Assembly (NCBI GenBank): GCA_951406725.2
Contig: OX597817.1
Coordinates: 88,846,001-88,910,000 of the forward strand
Direction: 5' to 3'
Length of the DNA stretch: 64,000 nucleotides
Source of the DNA: Octopus vulgaris
Taxonomy: Eukaryota
The notes under the pieces are model-generated. The model did not search any database. It saw only the letters and a program-made list of their open reading frames with translations, and was not told the origin of the DNA. Numbering within the stretch: the stretch's first letter is position 1; the number at the start of each line of letters is the position of its first letter. This document shows positions 41,810 through 56,519 of this stretch, piece by piece. Position numbers and translations under genes: made by a program.

Positions 41810-42079
41810 TGGTGTGTATGGGATTTGAATGTGTGCACGTGCGTTTGTGCGTCTGGTGTGTATATGCCGGGAGTTTCTCTTGAAGGATGTGGTTTGTGGA
41901 ATGTGGGTGGTCTGTGTGTGAAATGCGTGTGGTCAATGTACAAAGTATGTTTTTACGTTTTGTGCGGGTGTGCATGTATGTGTGTATGTGAAGCGGGGTA
42001 GGATTTATATGTGTAGGTGTGCTGCTCTGTCTGTTTGTCTATCTGTCTGCCTGTCTGTCCGTCTGTATGAATGTATCGT

Positions 42080-42194
42080 CTAGGGATACAGGCATCCAGC
42101 AACAGGACCTCCGTAATGCCATGATGGACCGTGAAGTCTGGCGTAGCATGGTAAATTCCATTGTCTCGACCACGGTCGAACAATGATGATGATG

Positions 42195-42196
<2 letters not shown>
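42080..42196 (+). mobile_element. RTE LINE extreme 3' end with (GAT)n tail
   Basis: DTGIQQQDLRNAMMDREVWRSMVNSIVSTTVEQ* then (GAT)n. Confidence 0.75.
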
Positions 42197-42272
<76 letters not shown>

Positions 42273-42405
42273 TTATCTATATATCTATCTATCTGTCTGT
42301 CTGTCTGTATGTATGTCTGTCTGTCTGTCTGTCTGTCCGTCCGACTGCCTGTCTGTTTATCGATTTATGTATATATGTATGTATTTGAATATGTGTGTGT
42401 TTGTT

Positions 42406-42455
<50 letters not shown>

Positions 42456-43017
42456 CGTGGAATAGTATGCAATATATGTGAGATGGTTTCAGGTATGTCT
42501 GCTGTTGTATACGTGGTATGTGTGAGAAATTTGACGGCGTGACATTATGTCTGTGACATGACTGAGCAGTAGACTTCTTGACTACTCGGCTGTAACTTCG
42601 CCCTACATACTTTCTATTCACATACGTATGCATATACATTATGTATGTATGTATGTATGTATGTATGTATGTATGTATGTATGTATGTATGTATGTATGT
42701 ATGTATGTATGTACGTATGTATGTATGCATGTATGTATACATATATACGCTCACATATACATACACAATTATGCATATATCTACGTTCATAGCTACGCAT
42801 GCATATATATTAATATATACACACACAAACACACACACACACACATATATATATACACACATATATACACATTCGTATATGTGTGCTAGTGCAAGTGTGT
42901 CGTATTTGTATACACATATGAAAAATAGAACTCAAAATATAAGTATATGTATATATTTATAAATATCTAGAAGTAACAGAGTGACTCAAGGTCCGAGAGT
43001 TTCGTGCATTGGCATTA

Positions 43018-43141
<124 letters not shown>

Positions 43142-43154
43142 GTACATATATACA

Positions 43155-43380
43155 TACACTATTATTACCAGGTGACCTGGCTGATGAATAGAAGCCTAAC
43201 ACCTGGAAGTCATCTTGAATTTATCCTCTCAAAGCACTCACCGTTCTCCCAACATCCGATGAGATGAATGTATCCGAAGCACTTCACGAAACTGTAAGTC
43301 TTGTGCAGCTGAGTCAAATTCTTATTAAAAGTATATGCACCAAATATTTTGATTGCCTTTTTTCGTCTGTTCACCCATAT
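43155..43380 (+). mobile_element. (TA)n-embedded element with decayed type I HHR (43252-43304)
   Basis: acat-CCGATGA-gatgaa...ttcac-GAAAC-tgtaa-GTC-ttgt. Confidence 0.5.
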
Positions 43381-43397
43381 GTACGCACATATATATG

Positions 43398-43437
<40 letters not shown>

Positions 43438-43519
43438 TATATATACATATATATACATATGCATACATACATACATACATACATACATGCATGCATACAT
43501 ACATACATACATACATACA

Positions 43520-43586
<67 letters not shown>

Positions 43587-43999
43587 GTTTATCAATTTGT
43601 GTTGCAAGATTCGTGATGTGAAATCGTGTGTTGAAAAAGATGTAGTTGTATTTCGGAACTATGCTGCCAATCCTCAGGTCTAGATTATATAAAACTATTT
43701 TGCTATTTACATCATATATAATGACACGACAATCAAAATTATACAACTAGAAATCCAGACCTGAAGGTTGGCAGTATAGTCGGATTGATATGGTATTGAA
43801 TTTCGAAACCGTCTATTTCAGAAATACCGATAGATATATTATTCATGAAACGCGCGTTGCCTAAATAATTTGATTTAATATATGATTCAGAATAGTAATT
43901 GTAGATATCAATTTTGATAAAAGTTAATCTTATATATCTCTATCATAGATAATATCGTTCAATGTTGTTTGAGTTGCTTGAAGGTGATTCTATCTCTTA

Positions 44000-44046
<47 letters not shown>

Positions 44047-44164
44047 TATATATATAGTTCTTATTCTGTGTAAGCCCAGTATTTATTCTATCGGTATTAA
44101 GTTTCGGGGACGTAAACACACCAGCATCGGTTGTCAAGTGATGGTGAGGAGGGGGACAAAAACA

Positions 44165-44232
<68 letters not shown>

Positions 44233-44568
44233 TAATGTGATTTTAGAGATATTTTATCCGGGTGGTTACCGTGGTAGCTCTTAGTTGTGTTCTAGGTTAC
44301 GGCTAACCTCATCGGTTCCTCCTGAAACCTAACCAATAAACAACTAACTGTATTCAGTTCGCTTCGAGCCAACCTGGTTGAAAGGATCTGAACGAAGCTG
44401 CACAGAAAATTTTGCCCGGATGCATATGCAACTGTACGTACTCAGTGTAGTGTAAACACGTGTAAGCCGTTGCAACCATAAAAATATGCTGTATGACATT
44501 GTAAATTAAAAGGAAATAGATTTTGAGGATGTACCAGTCCCCATATTCTCTATCATTATAATTATTGC

Positions 44569-44615
<47 letters not shown>

Positions 44616-44639
44616 TGTGTGTTTGTATGTCAAATGAAT

Positions 44640-45763
44640 AATAACATACGATGGATAATTGTCAGCTCATTACAGCTGTTTCTTACATAACTTTTAATAG
44701 AAGAATGAGAACATTACATAACATCATTATAAAAGGCCGTAATCATCAGATGAGAAGAAATTTTACAAAATAAAAGAATATCCAAGAATACAGCAAGGAT
44801 ATGTCTGTCGAGGCCAGCTATGAATGGGAGAATGAGTGACTACGTTGGCAGTTTAGGTTAAGAATGTAGTTCTTTAAAGTGTGTAATTTAATATCTAAGG
44901 TCAGTGACTCGGGTGAGAAGGAGTCTGCTAGACTAGATCACAGGTAGACGAGTGGGTTGTAGGAGAAAATTTATTATGGTAAGCTCTGGGTTGTGGTAAC
45001 ACACTATCCAAACGTCGTACCCACGACTATTGTATTGAGTTGCTATCATAGCCGCCCGTTTAACATTATATAGCTAATCATTAGACTACTCCTTATCGCT
45101 GGCTTTCCTGATTCCGCTCTGCAACTTCCTATAATCCTGTACTTGGTGTTTCTCATTATATAACTCCACCTGCTTTAAATTTTTAATTTTTAAATTTTAA
45201 TTTTTTAAACTCCTTATTGATAGGCAGTATTCTGCTTTACTATAACTTTAATTCCATAATATCACTCTTATTATTTAATGGCCTCCGTACTCTTACCCCA
45301 CTTCCAACCAATATTCACCGATTACCCCTAGATTTCTGTATTTCTCTATCCACCTCCCTTAGTCATTTTCCATTTACAAGAGACTCTCATACTCAGACCC
45401 TATACCTGATCGTCTCATTTTAATTTTTCGGTCATTCTTACGTTTGATTTATTTATTTTCTCTTCTTTCCCTTATACTTAATTCTTTTATGACCCTCCTT
45501 ACTTGCCACAGCCCAGAGCTTACCATAATACATTTTCTCCCACAACCCACTCCAGTCTACCCATAATCTAGTCTAGAAGACTCCTTCTCACCAAAGTCAC
45601 TGACCTTAGATATCAAATTACACACTTTAAAGAACTACATTCTTAACCTAAACTGCCAACATAGTCGCTCATTCTCCCATTCATAGCTGGCCTCGGCAGA
45701 TACATTCTTGCAGTATTCTCGGATATTCCTTTATTTTGTAAAATTACTTCTCATCTGACGATT
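44640..45763 (+). mobile_element. Penelope remnant with ~260-bp inverted pLTR arms
   Basis: 44742-44999 inverted at 45503-45763; GAAAC-AGCT-GTA HHR half at ~44668-44682 (-); right arm cut by a SINE at 45765-46147. Confidence 0.65.
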
Positions 45764-46383
45764 CTTTTCTACACTAGGCACAATCACCGAAATTTTTGGG
45801 GAGGGGGCCAGTCGGTCGATTAGATTAACTGGTACTTAATTTATCGACCCCAAAAGGATGAAAGGCAAAGTTGACCTCAGCGGAATTGACCTCAGAACGT
45901 AAAGGCAGACGAAGTACCTATTTCTTGATTACCCATAAGGGGCTAAACACAGAGAGGACAAACAAGGAGAGACAGACGGAGTAAGTCGATTATATCCACC
46001 CCAGTGCGTAACTGGTACTTATTTAATCGACCCCGAAATGATGAAAGACAAAGTCGACCTCAGCGGAATTTGAACTCAGAACGTAGCGGCAGACGAAATA
46101 CCGCTGAGCATTTCGCCCGGCTTGCTATCGTTTCTGCCAGCTCGCCGTTTTCATCCTATAATATGCTAACAACGCAATACACAAATATACGCGTAATATG
46201 GAGCAGCCCTTTTAGGCGCGAAATACTCATCGGGTTGTTTTTTTTTTCTAGGTAGACAACAGAAATATCCTATCTGATATTTCGACTTTAACCAACCATA
46301 GACCGGAACCACTGACATTACCCAAGCGTAACTGGTGTATACATTTTCAAGTACCAGATTCTATCAGAATCCTCACCTAAATT

Positions 46384-46471
<88 letters not shown>

Positions 46472-47231
46472 GTTAATTATGGATCTGTTAATTATGATTC
46501 TATTCAACATAGTTTCTCTCAGATTCGCACACTTATTGCAGCGGTCCTTCAGTTTTCGTAAGCCCTGTAAAAGAACTCGGAAGTTGGTCATTTAGCCAAG
46601 CCTTTCGCGATACCCTTAAAGGCAGGAACTTTTCATTCCCACTTGTTTCCTCGCGCGTGTGTGTGTATGATATTATTTGAACACTTGGTTTGTTTCTGGT
46701 GATTTACCATTAACAGGAAGTGAATCTCTTCTACGTTATACTGAGATAAGTTGAAGAGCATATTTAATTTTTAATGCTTTTTTTCTCTTACATAAAATAA
46801 AATAAAATTCCTAAAGCTTTTAGTAGTTGGTAGCCGTGTATAGTACTAGTTCATCCTCCTTTGGAATCGTCGGCACGACATAACTCGAGACAAATTATTT
46901 AACCTAAATTCAGCATTCAACGAAGTTTCTTAAATAGAAAGAAAATAGTTCATTGTTTAAAAAGCATATTTCATTTATCCTAATTTGTTAACTGTTTGGC
47001 ATTTGTGAAGATAGAAAGGAATTTCTTATATTTAGGCAAAATGCTTCCTGGGTAATTCTGCCTAGCACAAAAGTTCTTTGTGTAATTAGAGTTAATGTTT
47101 TAACAACGAACAAATTTTGCAAGCCCATTTCAGTATATTCTTCATGGGTGCAGATAAGGATTTCTGGCAGCCATTTTATATTGTACTATCTATCCAGATG
47201 AGTCAGAATAGACATTCTTTATGTTCATCTT

Positions 47232-47790
47232 ACCGCGGCCATTGCCGCCATTTTCCATGGAATATCTTAGAAAAGTAACCAGAGTATTTCGAACACACGG
47301 TTTGTGTCTGGTGAGTTATCATTAAAAGGGAGAAAATCTCTTCCAAATTAAAGTAGCTCAATTGAAGGAAATGCATATATAATTTTTACATCAAATGAAA
47401 TAAGGACCATAAAGTTTTTAGTCGTTGGTAGCTGTATATAGTTCTATTTCATCTTCCTGTGGAATCGTCGGCACGGTATAAATCGAGACACAAATTAATC
47501 AAGCTAAACTCAACATTTTACGAAGTCTCTTAAAAAGAGAGAAAATAGTTCATTGTTTAAAAAGCGTATTTCATTTCTTTTCTTTCCTGTTATCTTCCTT
47601 TCTGTTTTCATCTTTTTTCTTTTATTTGGTTAAAGTATAATAGCGTTACTCGAGTGTTTCTGCGTGTAAACACGCTTCGTTAGGCGGAATTTATGACACA
47701 ACAAAACAATAGATGTCTGTACATGAAGTTAACAAGCACTTACAAATCTCATTGGTTAAACAAGTCCTCGCCTTGTTAACGCGCGAAATT
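47232..47790 (-). promoter_or_regulatory. Candidate promoter and first coding exon of a minus-strand host gene
   Basis: Minus strand aaaATGGCGGCAATGGCCGCG|gtaaga (47251-47234); ATTGG at ~47751 and E2F-like GCGCGAAA at ~47781. Confidence 0.4.
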
Positions 47791-48813
47791 TCCTGTGTTC
47801 TAGCAAAAGAAAGAGAAACAAACACATTACAAACATTGGCTTAGGAGTGATAATTGTCAGATTACTTTTAAAGGGAGATAACTGAAAGTAATTAGTAAAT
47901 ATATTTAACAAGAAAATAAATACATTAGTTCGGAGTAAAGAAAAATTTTAAATATAATGCCTTCAAATTTTGGAATAAGGCCAGCAACTTTAAAGGAGCT
48001 ACGACAATTACATCATGCCTCTACATATTTTATCGGCTCCAAAATATTGAAAGGCAAAGTCGACCACGGCAGCTTTTGAACTCGGATCGTAAAAACGGAC
48101 GAAATGCCTCTAAGTGTTTTGTTCGGCGTGTTAACGATTTTGCCAACTCGTCATCTTAATCTAAGTTACAATGAGATGTATAACAATGTAATACGATGTT
48201 ACGGGCAGGGATTGACTAACACAGTGTCCGTACGTATCTATGCGCGCGCGCATGTGCATATGCGTGTGTGAGTGTGTGAAGAAGCCTCGTATTAACTGTG
48301 AGACTGCAATAGTAGATGTTTAAAAAATGTTATAAAATGTATATTGATTAAATAACAAATGATTGAATAAAAAAAAACCTAGATTGATAAATAAACTGTG
48401 AAATAAGTAAGTAAATAGATTAGTAAATATTTAGTCGAATAAACAGTTAATAGCATGACTCAATAAATTCTTGCTTTGTAATATACAATTGATTAATAAA
48501 TAGGAGTAAGGATATACAACTGAGTTATACCTAGGTAACATGTTGTGGGGAGAAAGATGACCAGGGTGTAGTTATGGTTACAGAAAGGATTGTTGTCGAA
48601 GATTTGAAACCACATGTTACTTAAACAACAGAATTTCTATCGAATATTTTATGGTATATCTTAGAAATGAGGTTTTCGATAATTGGTGACACGTTTATTC
48701 TGACTAGGCTGTGAAATCATGTTATTTTCATGTCTTTGTTTATTTTATCTTGTGGTTAAAATTGATTTTCTTTAATGTTCAAATAAAGAATGGGGCCACT
48801 TTATTAAATATAT

Positions 48814-49839
48814 TGTTACGAACCACCTGCCGTCGCTCAAACTCTTCGGAAACCCGGGACCCTACCAAGTCGGCGACGACGATTGGCCGGCCCAGTCGAA
48901 CGGGAAATTCGCCACACAGAAAGAGAGGACCCGGTGGGGGAGGCGGCAGCGAACTCGAACCGGCGACCGGAGAGAACAACAACAACAACGGCAGGAAGAG
49001 ATACAGAGACACGGCGGAAGGCAATTGACTTACGTTTAAAAACAGTTTATAACAATCATTACAACATCAAATAAAATGTAAAATACACCAGATACATCAA
49101 AGAAAATAACATACAACAAAATAAAAGGCATGCACGATACAGTTCAATGTTCAAATCAGTTCAATTCACGATACAGTTCAGAGACAAATCAGAACAGTTC
49201 AACTCAATACATTAAAGTCTTTCTCTTTCTTTCTTTAACACAACTCAGTTCTTTTCAACAACTCTTTTCACAATGTCTTTACAATTTCATTTCTTTTCTT
49301 CCTCTTTTCCTTAATTCACAGTTCTTTCTCCTTTTTTTGACACATCAATTCTTTTTTAGTTCAACAATTCTTTTTCCTCTTCATCACAGATTGCAATTTA
49401 CGCCACAATTCTTTCTTTTACATTTCACATCAAAACATAAACAACACATACCGTTACAACTCCTACTACAATAGCCATGCCTTCTATCCGCCGTAATCCC
49501 TCTCCTTCGCTCTACATGTTCCCTGTGTATGTCTTTCTCAACCTCTCGCTTGTCATCCTCACATTCACAGTCTGTCTTTCTCAACGATGTCGCTGCCTCG
49601 CCCTGTTGCCATCTCACTATCGCCACCTTCTTGGCTGACCGTCCGTATCACTGCTGTCTTTGGCCAAAACTGCCCTGTTGCCAACTGCCGACTGACTGAC
49701 CAACTCCCAGCGCGTCGCATTTTAAAGGGGTGGTTTCTCGAACTTCCCCTGACCGGAACAGGGCCAAAGGTCTCTTCCGAATGCATAAATTTCCCAAGAA
49801 ACCGACAGGTCAAAAGGTTTACCCGTCTCCTTGACGACA
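48814..49839 (-). mobile_element. Probable solo LTR
   Basis: ~1 kb GC-richer block bounded by TGT...ACA; TATA-like tttaaaa on minus; no clear TSD. Confidence 0.5.
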
Positions 49840-51765
49840 AATCACAAAAGTGGGTCATAGCATTCTTATTTTCTTTTTCCGAACTGACCTCCATATCAAT
49901 ATCTTTGTTTGATAATATGTTGAAAATGCGTCTACTGATATTGTTTGTGATAATTTTAATAATTGTAGGAGAGCAATTATAATAGCCTTTATCATTGTAT
50001 ATAGTTTCTTCAGTCAGCTTACATGTGCTTAGGTTTCATGTTATATCTAGAAATTTCTTTTTTTTCATCTTACTGTTTATTGTAATTTTTTAGATTAAAC
50101 TGTCTGAATATACTAATTATTGCTTTGCTAAGCTTTCCCATTTTATTGAGTGATTCTCTCCGTAAATAAAAACTGGATATAAACACATTATAACAAGGTA
50201 TGGTGAATTCACTGTAACCCATCATATAAGGAAAGGCGAGTCTGTCATCTCTATATAATCATTCCTAACTTTTGCTTTATTCTCTGTGTATATGGTATAA
50301 ATATCTTGACAAGATCCGTTATTTTGCACCACCATAACTTCTCATAGCTTCATCAAAACATTATTTTCATATTTCTTAAACCCCACTCCAAATTACTGTA
50401 AAATAACATTGATTTCTTTTCGTTCATTCTGATATTATTGTCGGTGTCGCTAATGGTTGTGTAAAGTTACCAAATTCTTGCTCGAGAAAATTTCAGGAAA
50501 TATATTGGTAGAACTCTCCCATTTTAATCTGAACGAATCTATTTGATTTCGTCTTTGGCACTGTTAAACAGCTTGATAGTGTCACTGATGAAATTCTATT
50601 GCGTTAATTTCGTAACTAGCCTAATTTTTGTAATTATGCTATCTAGTATGTTTTGTTGATTATGCTTACTTCATTTTTTTGTCCGCTTATTAGTCTACAT
50701 TTGGGATTCCCTCTAAAATTCCCTTCGAGATCCTTAAGTGTTTAGCTACAGTTTACATGAATTTTGGCGCTTAGTCCAATTTTCGTCATCTCTTGTGTTA
50801 TATGTATTTGGGTTAGTAATATTCTCTAGTAAAAGCTTGCGTGTATTTCTATCAAAGTCCTGTCAAATATTTCGTCTTATTTGCTTACACCTTATCTGCT
50901 TACATGAATTCGTAAAAAGTGTTAACTAAGCCTTTAGCTCATTCTGAAAATTGTTTATATGGTTGTTGAATTTCATTATTTTTATTAATTTGATTAAATT
51001 CATTTCAAATCATTCAGTGCCTTTGGTCTGCAGGGATTTCTGTTAGTTATGGAAACGAACATGTTTCTGTAGATACGTTGGAAATATCTCTGTCGAAGAG
51101 GAATGCTTCTTATTTAATCATTTTTACCACTCTTTCTGTCTTCCCAATTAGTCGCTTCATGTAGAGGTTCCATTTTCATTATTCAGTATTGTATTTTCTG
51201 TTCATTTACTGTACTCAACTGAAAAGGAGCGTCTGGAAGCTTAGATTCAACTGTAATAACGAACGGAAAATGATTAGCGGCATTTCGTCATTTTTTATGT
51301 TTTGAACTCAAATTCCGCTGAAGTCGACTTTGCCTTTCATCTTTTCGGAAGTCGATAAAATAAAGTTCCAGTTGAGCACTGGGATCAATGTAATCGACTT
51401 ACCCACTCCCCGAAATTGTGCTAAAATTTGATATGAATATTATACCAAATGGTTTACACACAGTAAAAGTTGGAAATATTTTTGAAAATTTAGACCAGCT
51501 ATCACCTCCCGCCAACCACTTGCTCCCAATATCCCTATATAATTTTTCATCGCCCCCCCCCCCCCGATCGATTCTGCTCAATTTAAGAAGGACTGATAAA
51601 GATGGTTATACAAATAATACTTATGGATTCATATATAAAGAAAAAAAACGTGTTGTTTCGGGTTGAGTCGCACTGCGAGACGCCTTGGGCAAGTGTATTC
51701 TAGTATAGTTCCAGGCTGACCAATACCGTGAGAGTGAATGTGGGACTCCTTCGTGCGTATCTGCG

Positions 51766-51798
<33 letters not shown>

Positions 51799-52939
51799 GT
51801 GTGTATGTGTGTGTGGGTGTGTGTTTGTGTTTATACCCAATATATATAACTTATTCTAATTGTTAGCCTTCCTATGTCTCCAGCACCACCGTCTTATTTT
51901 ATTTACGTCACGTATTAAAGAAAACCAACTGAGAATCACTTATAGCAACGGTTCTACACCTATCCAACTCCCTGACTGACGAAATGATTATCTTTCTAAT
52001 ACTCATAGTTTGAACTGAAGCCTAAAAACAATTATAAACCGAAACAAAGAATGAAATAATATCACTGTGTCTCGTATGTCTATGTTGTTGAGTATGAGTG
52101 TTCGTTGCTTTCAATGTTCTGTAGTTATCCTGGTCAGGAGGGAGACAGTAGATTTGGCAGGTGTTAATTTATGGCTGTTGTTATCGAGACAGGTTTCTCG
52201 GTCATTTGTGTATGTTTGGAGTAATTGTGTCGCTGCGTCTGGGGTTTAGTACAGTGGGAGTATCCATAACCAAACGGTTTTCTAAAGAACCGAACTGAAT
52301 AACGAACAGTTTTTCCGAAGAAAATTGAACTCACATAACGAGCTGAAATTTGATCAACGAACTAAGTATAAGTCAATGGGAGCCCATTCGCTGAACGCGT
52401 TGATATTTGAACAACAAACCACGAGTAGACTACATACGCATTTAGCGCTAGCAAAGCATATACAAAGTGTACGCTAAATGAACAAACTGTATAGTGAAAA
52501 GTTTTTCTGAAGAATATTCAGCCAACGAACTTAAATTTGAATAACAAACAAGGAGCAGACTATGCACGCATATAAGTGACTGGGAGAGCGTGTACAAACG
52601 GTTCCATGTGCACATTTGATGCGGCTTGCAAATTTTCATATTTTATATAGAAAATATTTCTCATATTTCTTGTTAAAAACGCAACCATGGACCGACTGAA
52701 GCAAGACAAAGAGAAAACGCGCTCGCGAACACAAACATATATACATGTATACATATATTTATGTATTTTGTTATTGTTGCATGAACAAATAAAGTATCAT
52801 TTTATACCTTTATGTGTAGCTTGGAACAAACAGCTCCTACTTATAATATATATACATATCTTGCAAGTTCTGGAAACGTTGTTTTATACAGTAGGTAATC
52901 TGGACTACTTGACAGGTAGTTTACGAGCCATCGTTTTGT

Positions 52940-53240
52940 GTTGTTTCTTAGTGTGACCTTAAGTATTCTGTTTAAAGAGAAATAAAATAGAAAACTTGAC
53001 TGATATCGATAGTAAAAGGAAAGGTGGATTTGTGGGAGGTTTATTATTAAAGGTGTCATGTAATCCAATGCCTGAAGTTTGTCTGTAATGTAGTAGTTAG
53101 GTACACCGGTCTGAACCCATGTTGTGATTTGAAGATGGGGAGAGTGTTGTTTGTATTACCCTTTCTAGAACTTTTGAGTGCTGACGGGTGTATATGATAT
53201 ATTCCAGATGGGACTTTGTTGGGTTTTAAAATAATGATTT
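52940..53240 (-). pseudogene. Non-LTR retrotransposon RT fragment
   Basis: ILKPNKVPS...QHGFRP..LTTT motif. Confidence 0.55.
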
Positions 53241-53701
53241 TAACCAAGTTTATCCGTGTCTGTCTACCTCTTTCTCTGTCTGTCCAACTCTCTCTTTCTC
53301 TCTCTCTCTCACTCTGTTTATTTGTTTTTATCTCCCTATCTCCCTGTCTCACTTTCCTCATCCCAGTTTCCCTTTTCTTTTCTGCCTTACTGTATTTGTC
53401 TCCATGCTTTCACACCCTTATCTCTCTTGCCAACACTCCCACATCTCTCTCTCACATACACACCATGTCTCCTTTCTACCAAAATCCCTTCATATTTCTG
53501 AAAATCTAAGTGATACTTACGTCAATGATTAGAACCACTCCAAATAGATGGTTCCGGAATTTCTACAATTTTCCATTGTTAAAGACGGACAATTTGCCAG
53601 GCCGGCCATATTGAAATACTTACAACTCAATTTTATTGAAGACCTGCACAAATTGAAGAACAAAATATGGAATGAATGGGAAAATATAAGAAAAGCAATA
53701 A

Positions 53702-53735
<34 letters not shown>

Positions 53736-54403
53736 CGCGCGAGAGAGAGCGCGCGCGAGAGAGAGAAAGAGAATTGGAAAAGAAAAAGAAAAAGAAGGAA
53801 AATAAAGCAACGAAAAATGAAGAAGACATAGAGAAGTAAAGAGATGAATAAAAAATGCAAACTAAAAATAAAACAAAAAGGAATGTTTTTTGGTTGTTTT
53901 TGGTGAAATGTTAATTAAATCGGTCAGTGGTATTACCATGGGTGTTGGTGTGGTGTGTTGGAGTGGTGTTGGGCTTGTGATGCACTGTTGTGGATGGTGT
54001 GGAAATGGTAAGGTTGGGTAATGGTGTGCTGTGCAGATGTAGTGGTGGGAGTGGGAGTGACGTAGTGGAGTGGTGTAGTGCGGTGATGTGGGGCTGTGGT
54101 GATGGGGTGTGATGGTGGTGATGGTGGGAGGTAGAGGTAAGGAAGGAAGATGTAGGGAATCCCGAATCATCAACATAGTTTTTCGGTCAGTTCCAAAATA
54201 GATTTTCAAAAATGAGAAAAAAACAAAATAAAAACAAAACAAAACAAAAACAACAATAAAACAAACAAACAACCAAACAAACAAACAAAGAAGCAAATAA
54301 AGAATATAATGAAAACAATGAGATTACCGACTGAGAAGTCCTTCGTGATGGTCTGAAGTAGCTATAATACATACATACATACATACATACATACATACAT
54401 ACA

Positions 54404-54437
<34 letters not shown>

Positions 54438-54483
54438 CACAGACAGACAGACAGACAGACAGACATACACACACACACACATA

Positions 54484-54646
54484 CAGGCGCAGGAGCGGCT
54501 GTGATAAGAACCTTGCTTTCCAACCACATGGTGCTGGGTTCAATCCCACTGCGTGGTATCGTGGGCAAGTGTCTTCTACTACAACCTCGGGCCGACCAAA
54601 GCCTTGTGAGTGGATTTGGTAGACGGAAATTGAAAGAAGCTCGTCG

Positions 54647-54721
<75 letters not shown>

Positions 54722-55352
54722 GTGTGTGTGTGTGTATGTGTGTATGTATGTATTTGCGTGTCTGTGTTTGTTCTCCCACCGTCGCTTGACAACCAATGTT
54801 AGTGTGTTTACGTCGCCGTAACCTAGCGGTTCAGCAAAAGAGAACCGATAGAATAAGTATTAGAAAAAAAGATCACGCTTGGCCGAACACCGGTCACGTG
54901 GGAAGAGAAGAGAGAAAGGTAGAGGCAGAGGGACAGAAGACTGAAGGAGGGGCGAGAAAAAATGACAGGGAGACCACTGCCGTAAGACTTTATTTCCGCA
55001 CACGCAAGCTTAAATTAATTCGTCCTTAGTCGAAAGACACCTGTTGTTATGTCCTGTTATTTGCATTTCTGTAACATTCTTTATTTTTTTCCCGTCCTTG
55101 TTTTCGTATATATTCGTTGCTCTCTTCCAACGAATCTAATGCTCTTAGCTTAGTTTTTCTTTGGGGCTGGCCAGATTGGAGCGATCTCGAGTATAACCAG
55201 CCGAATGCAAAGATAATCTGGAATTCGACTGAGGGAAGAAAACTCCGAATGACAGGTCCTTGTTTTCTTTGTATCGTCTATCTGGATGTTTTGCGTTCGT
55301 GTCCCATTTTGTATTTTTATATATGTGTGTTTATATATATATATATATGTAC

Positions 55353-55392
<40 letters not shown>

Positions 55393-55427
55393 GTGTGTAT
55401 ATGTATGTATGTATGTATGTATGTGTG

Positions 55428-55489
<62 letters not shown>

Positions 55490-55862
55490 CATACATACAT
55501 ACATATATTTTATTTTATCACTTACTTGTTACAGTCATTAGACTGCAGCCATGCTGGGGCACGACTTTGAAGAATTTTAGTTGAATGAATCGGCCACTGT
55601 ACATTTTTAAAGCCCGGTACTTATTCTACCGATGTAGAATCGATAGGTTACGGGGACGTAAACTCACCAATACCATCTATCAAGTAGTGGCGGGAGTCTA
55701 ACACACACACAAACATATATACGTAAACTCGACGGGCTTCTTTCAGTTTCCGTCTACCAGGCCCACTCACAAGGCTTTGGTCGACTCGGGACAATCGTAG
55801 AAGACACTTGCCGAAGGTGCCACGCAATGGCACTGAACCCGGAACCATGTGGTTGGGAAGCA
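54484..55862. mobile_element. SINE copies (54484-54865 +, 55520-55862 -) flanking a T-rich structured element (~54990-55320)
   Basis: ggcgcaggagcggctgtg...gggttcaatcccactgcg; reverse gtgccacgcaatggcactgaacccgg. Confidence 0.7.
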
Positions 55863-56519
55863 GTATGTTTGTATGCATGTGTGGAGGTGCGTGGTTTAGT
55901 GGTTAGGGTATTACAGTCACGATCATATGGCTATTTTTTTCGATTCCTGGACCGATCGATGCATTGTGTTCTTGAGCAAAACACTTCATTTCACGTTGCT
56001 CCAGTCCACTCAGATGGCAAAAATGAGTAACCTTGCGACAGAGCGCCGTTCTGTCCCGTGCGGAGTGGGGAATATATACGCCACGTAATCCGGGAAACCG
56101 GCTTCATAAGACTATGATTCGGGAAGGACCTTTCATCTTCACACACACACATGCACACACACATACTCACACACACAATCATGTATACAAAGTGCCTCAG
56201 TGTTTGAGAACACCTCTTTTAAGACCTGTAACTTTCTTCTTTTTTTTTCCTCTCTTTAACTTTATAGATAAATAATGTCAGATATGAAATTGGTTTAGCT
56301 AATTAGAAAGCACGCTGTAATTGTTGACTTATACGTATGCATTTTTTATCTTAGGTGAAGGAATTAATACCCAATTCCTTTTCAGAGCATCATAACCGAA
56401 AGAATTACCGTGATTTCCGGCACACAAATAGACATAGCATATAATGTCAATATATAGTGTAAATATTCTAGCATCATCAGAAAATCCTGCTGCATTTCAC
56501 ATAGAATTTTTGGTCAGAC

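Noticed and set aside
41191-41943. Gly/Cys-rich 250-aa ORF with GGGRC repeats
   Set aside because: Explained by (CAC)n and a 15-bp minisatellite, open in several frames; a possible acceptor near 41696 is insufficient support
49900-51230. Possible old LINE ORF on the minus strand
   Set aside because: Composition is suggestive but no motif could be read with confidence
52290-52580. Diverged internal repeats
   Set aside because: Short and irregular; no assignable function
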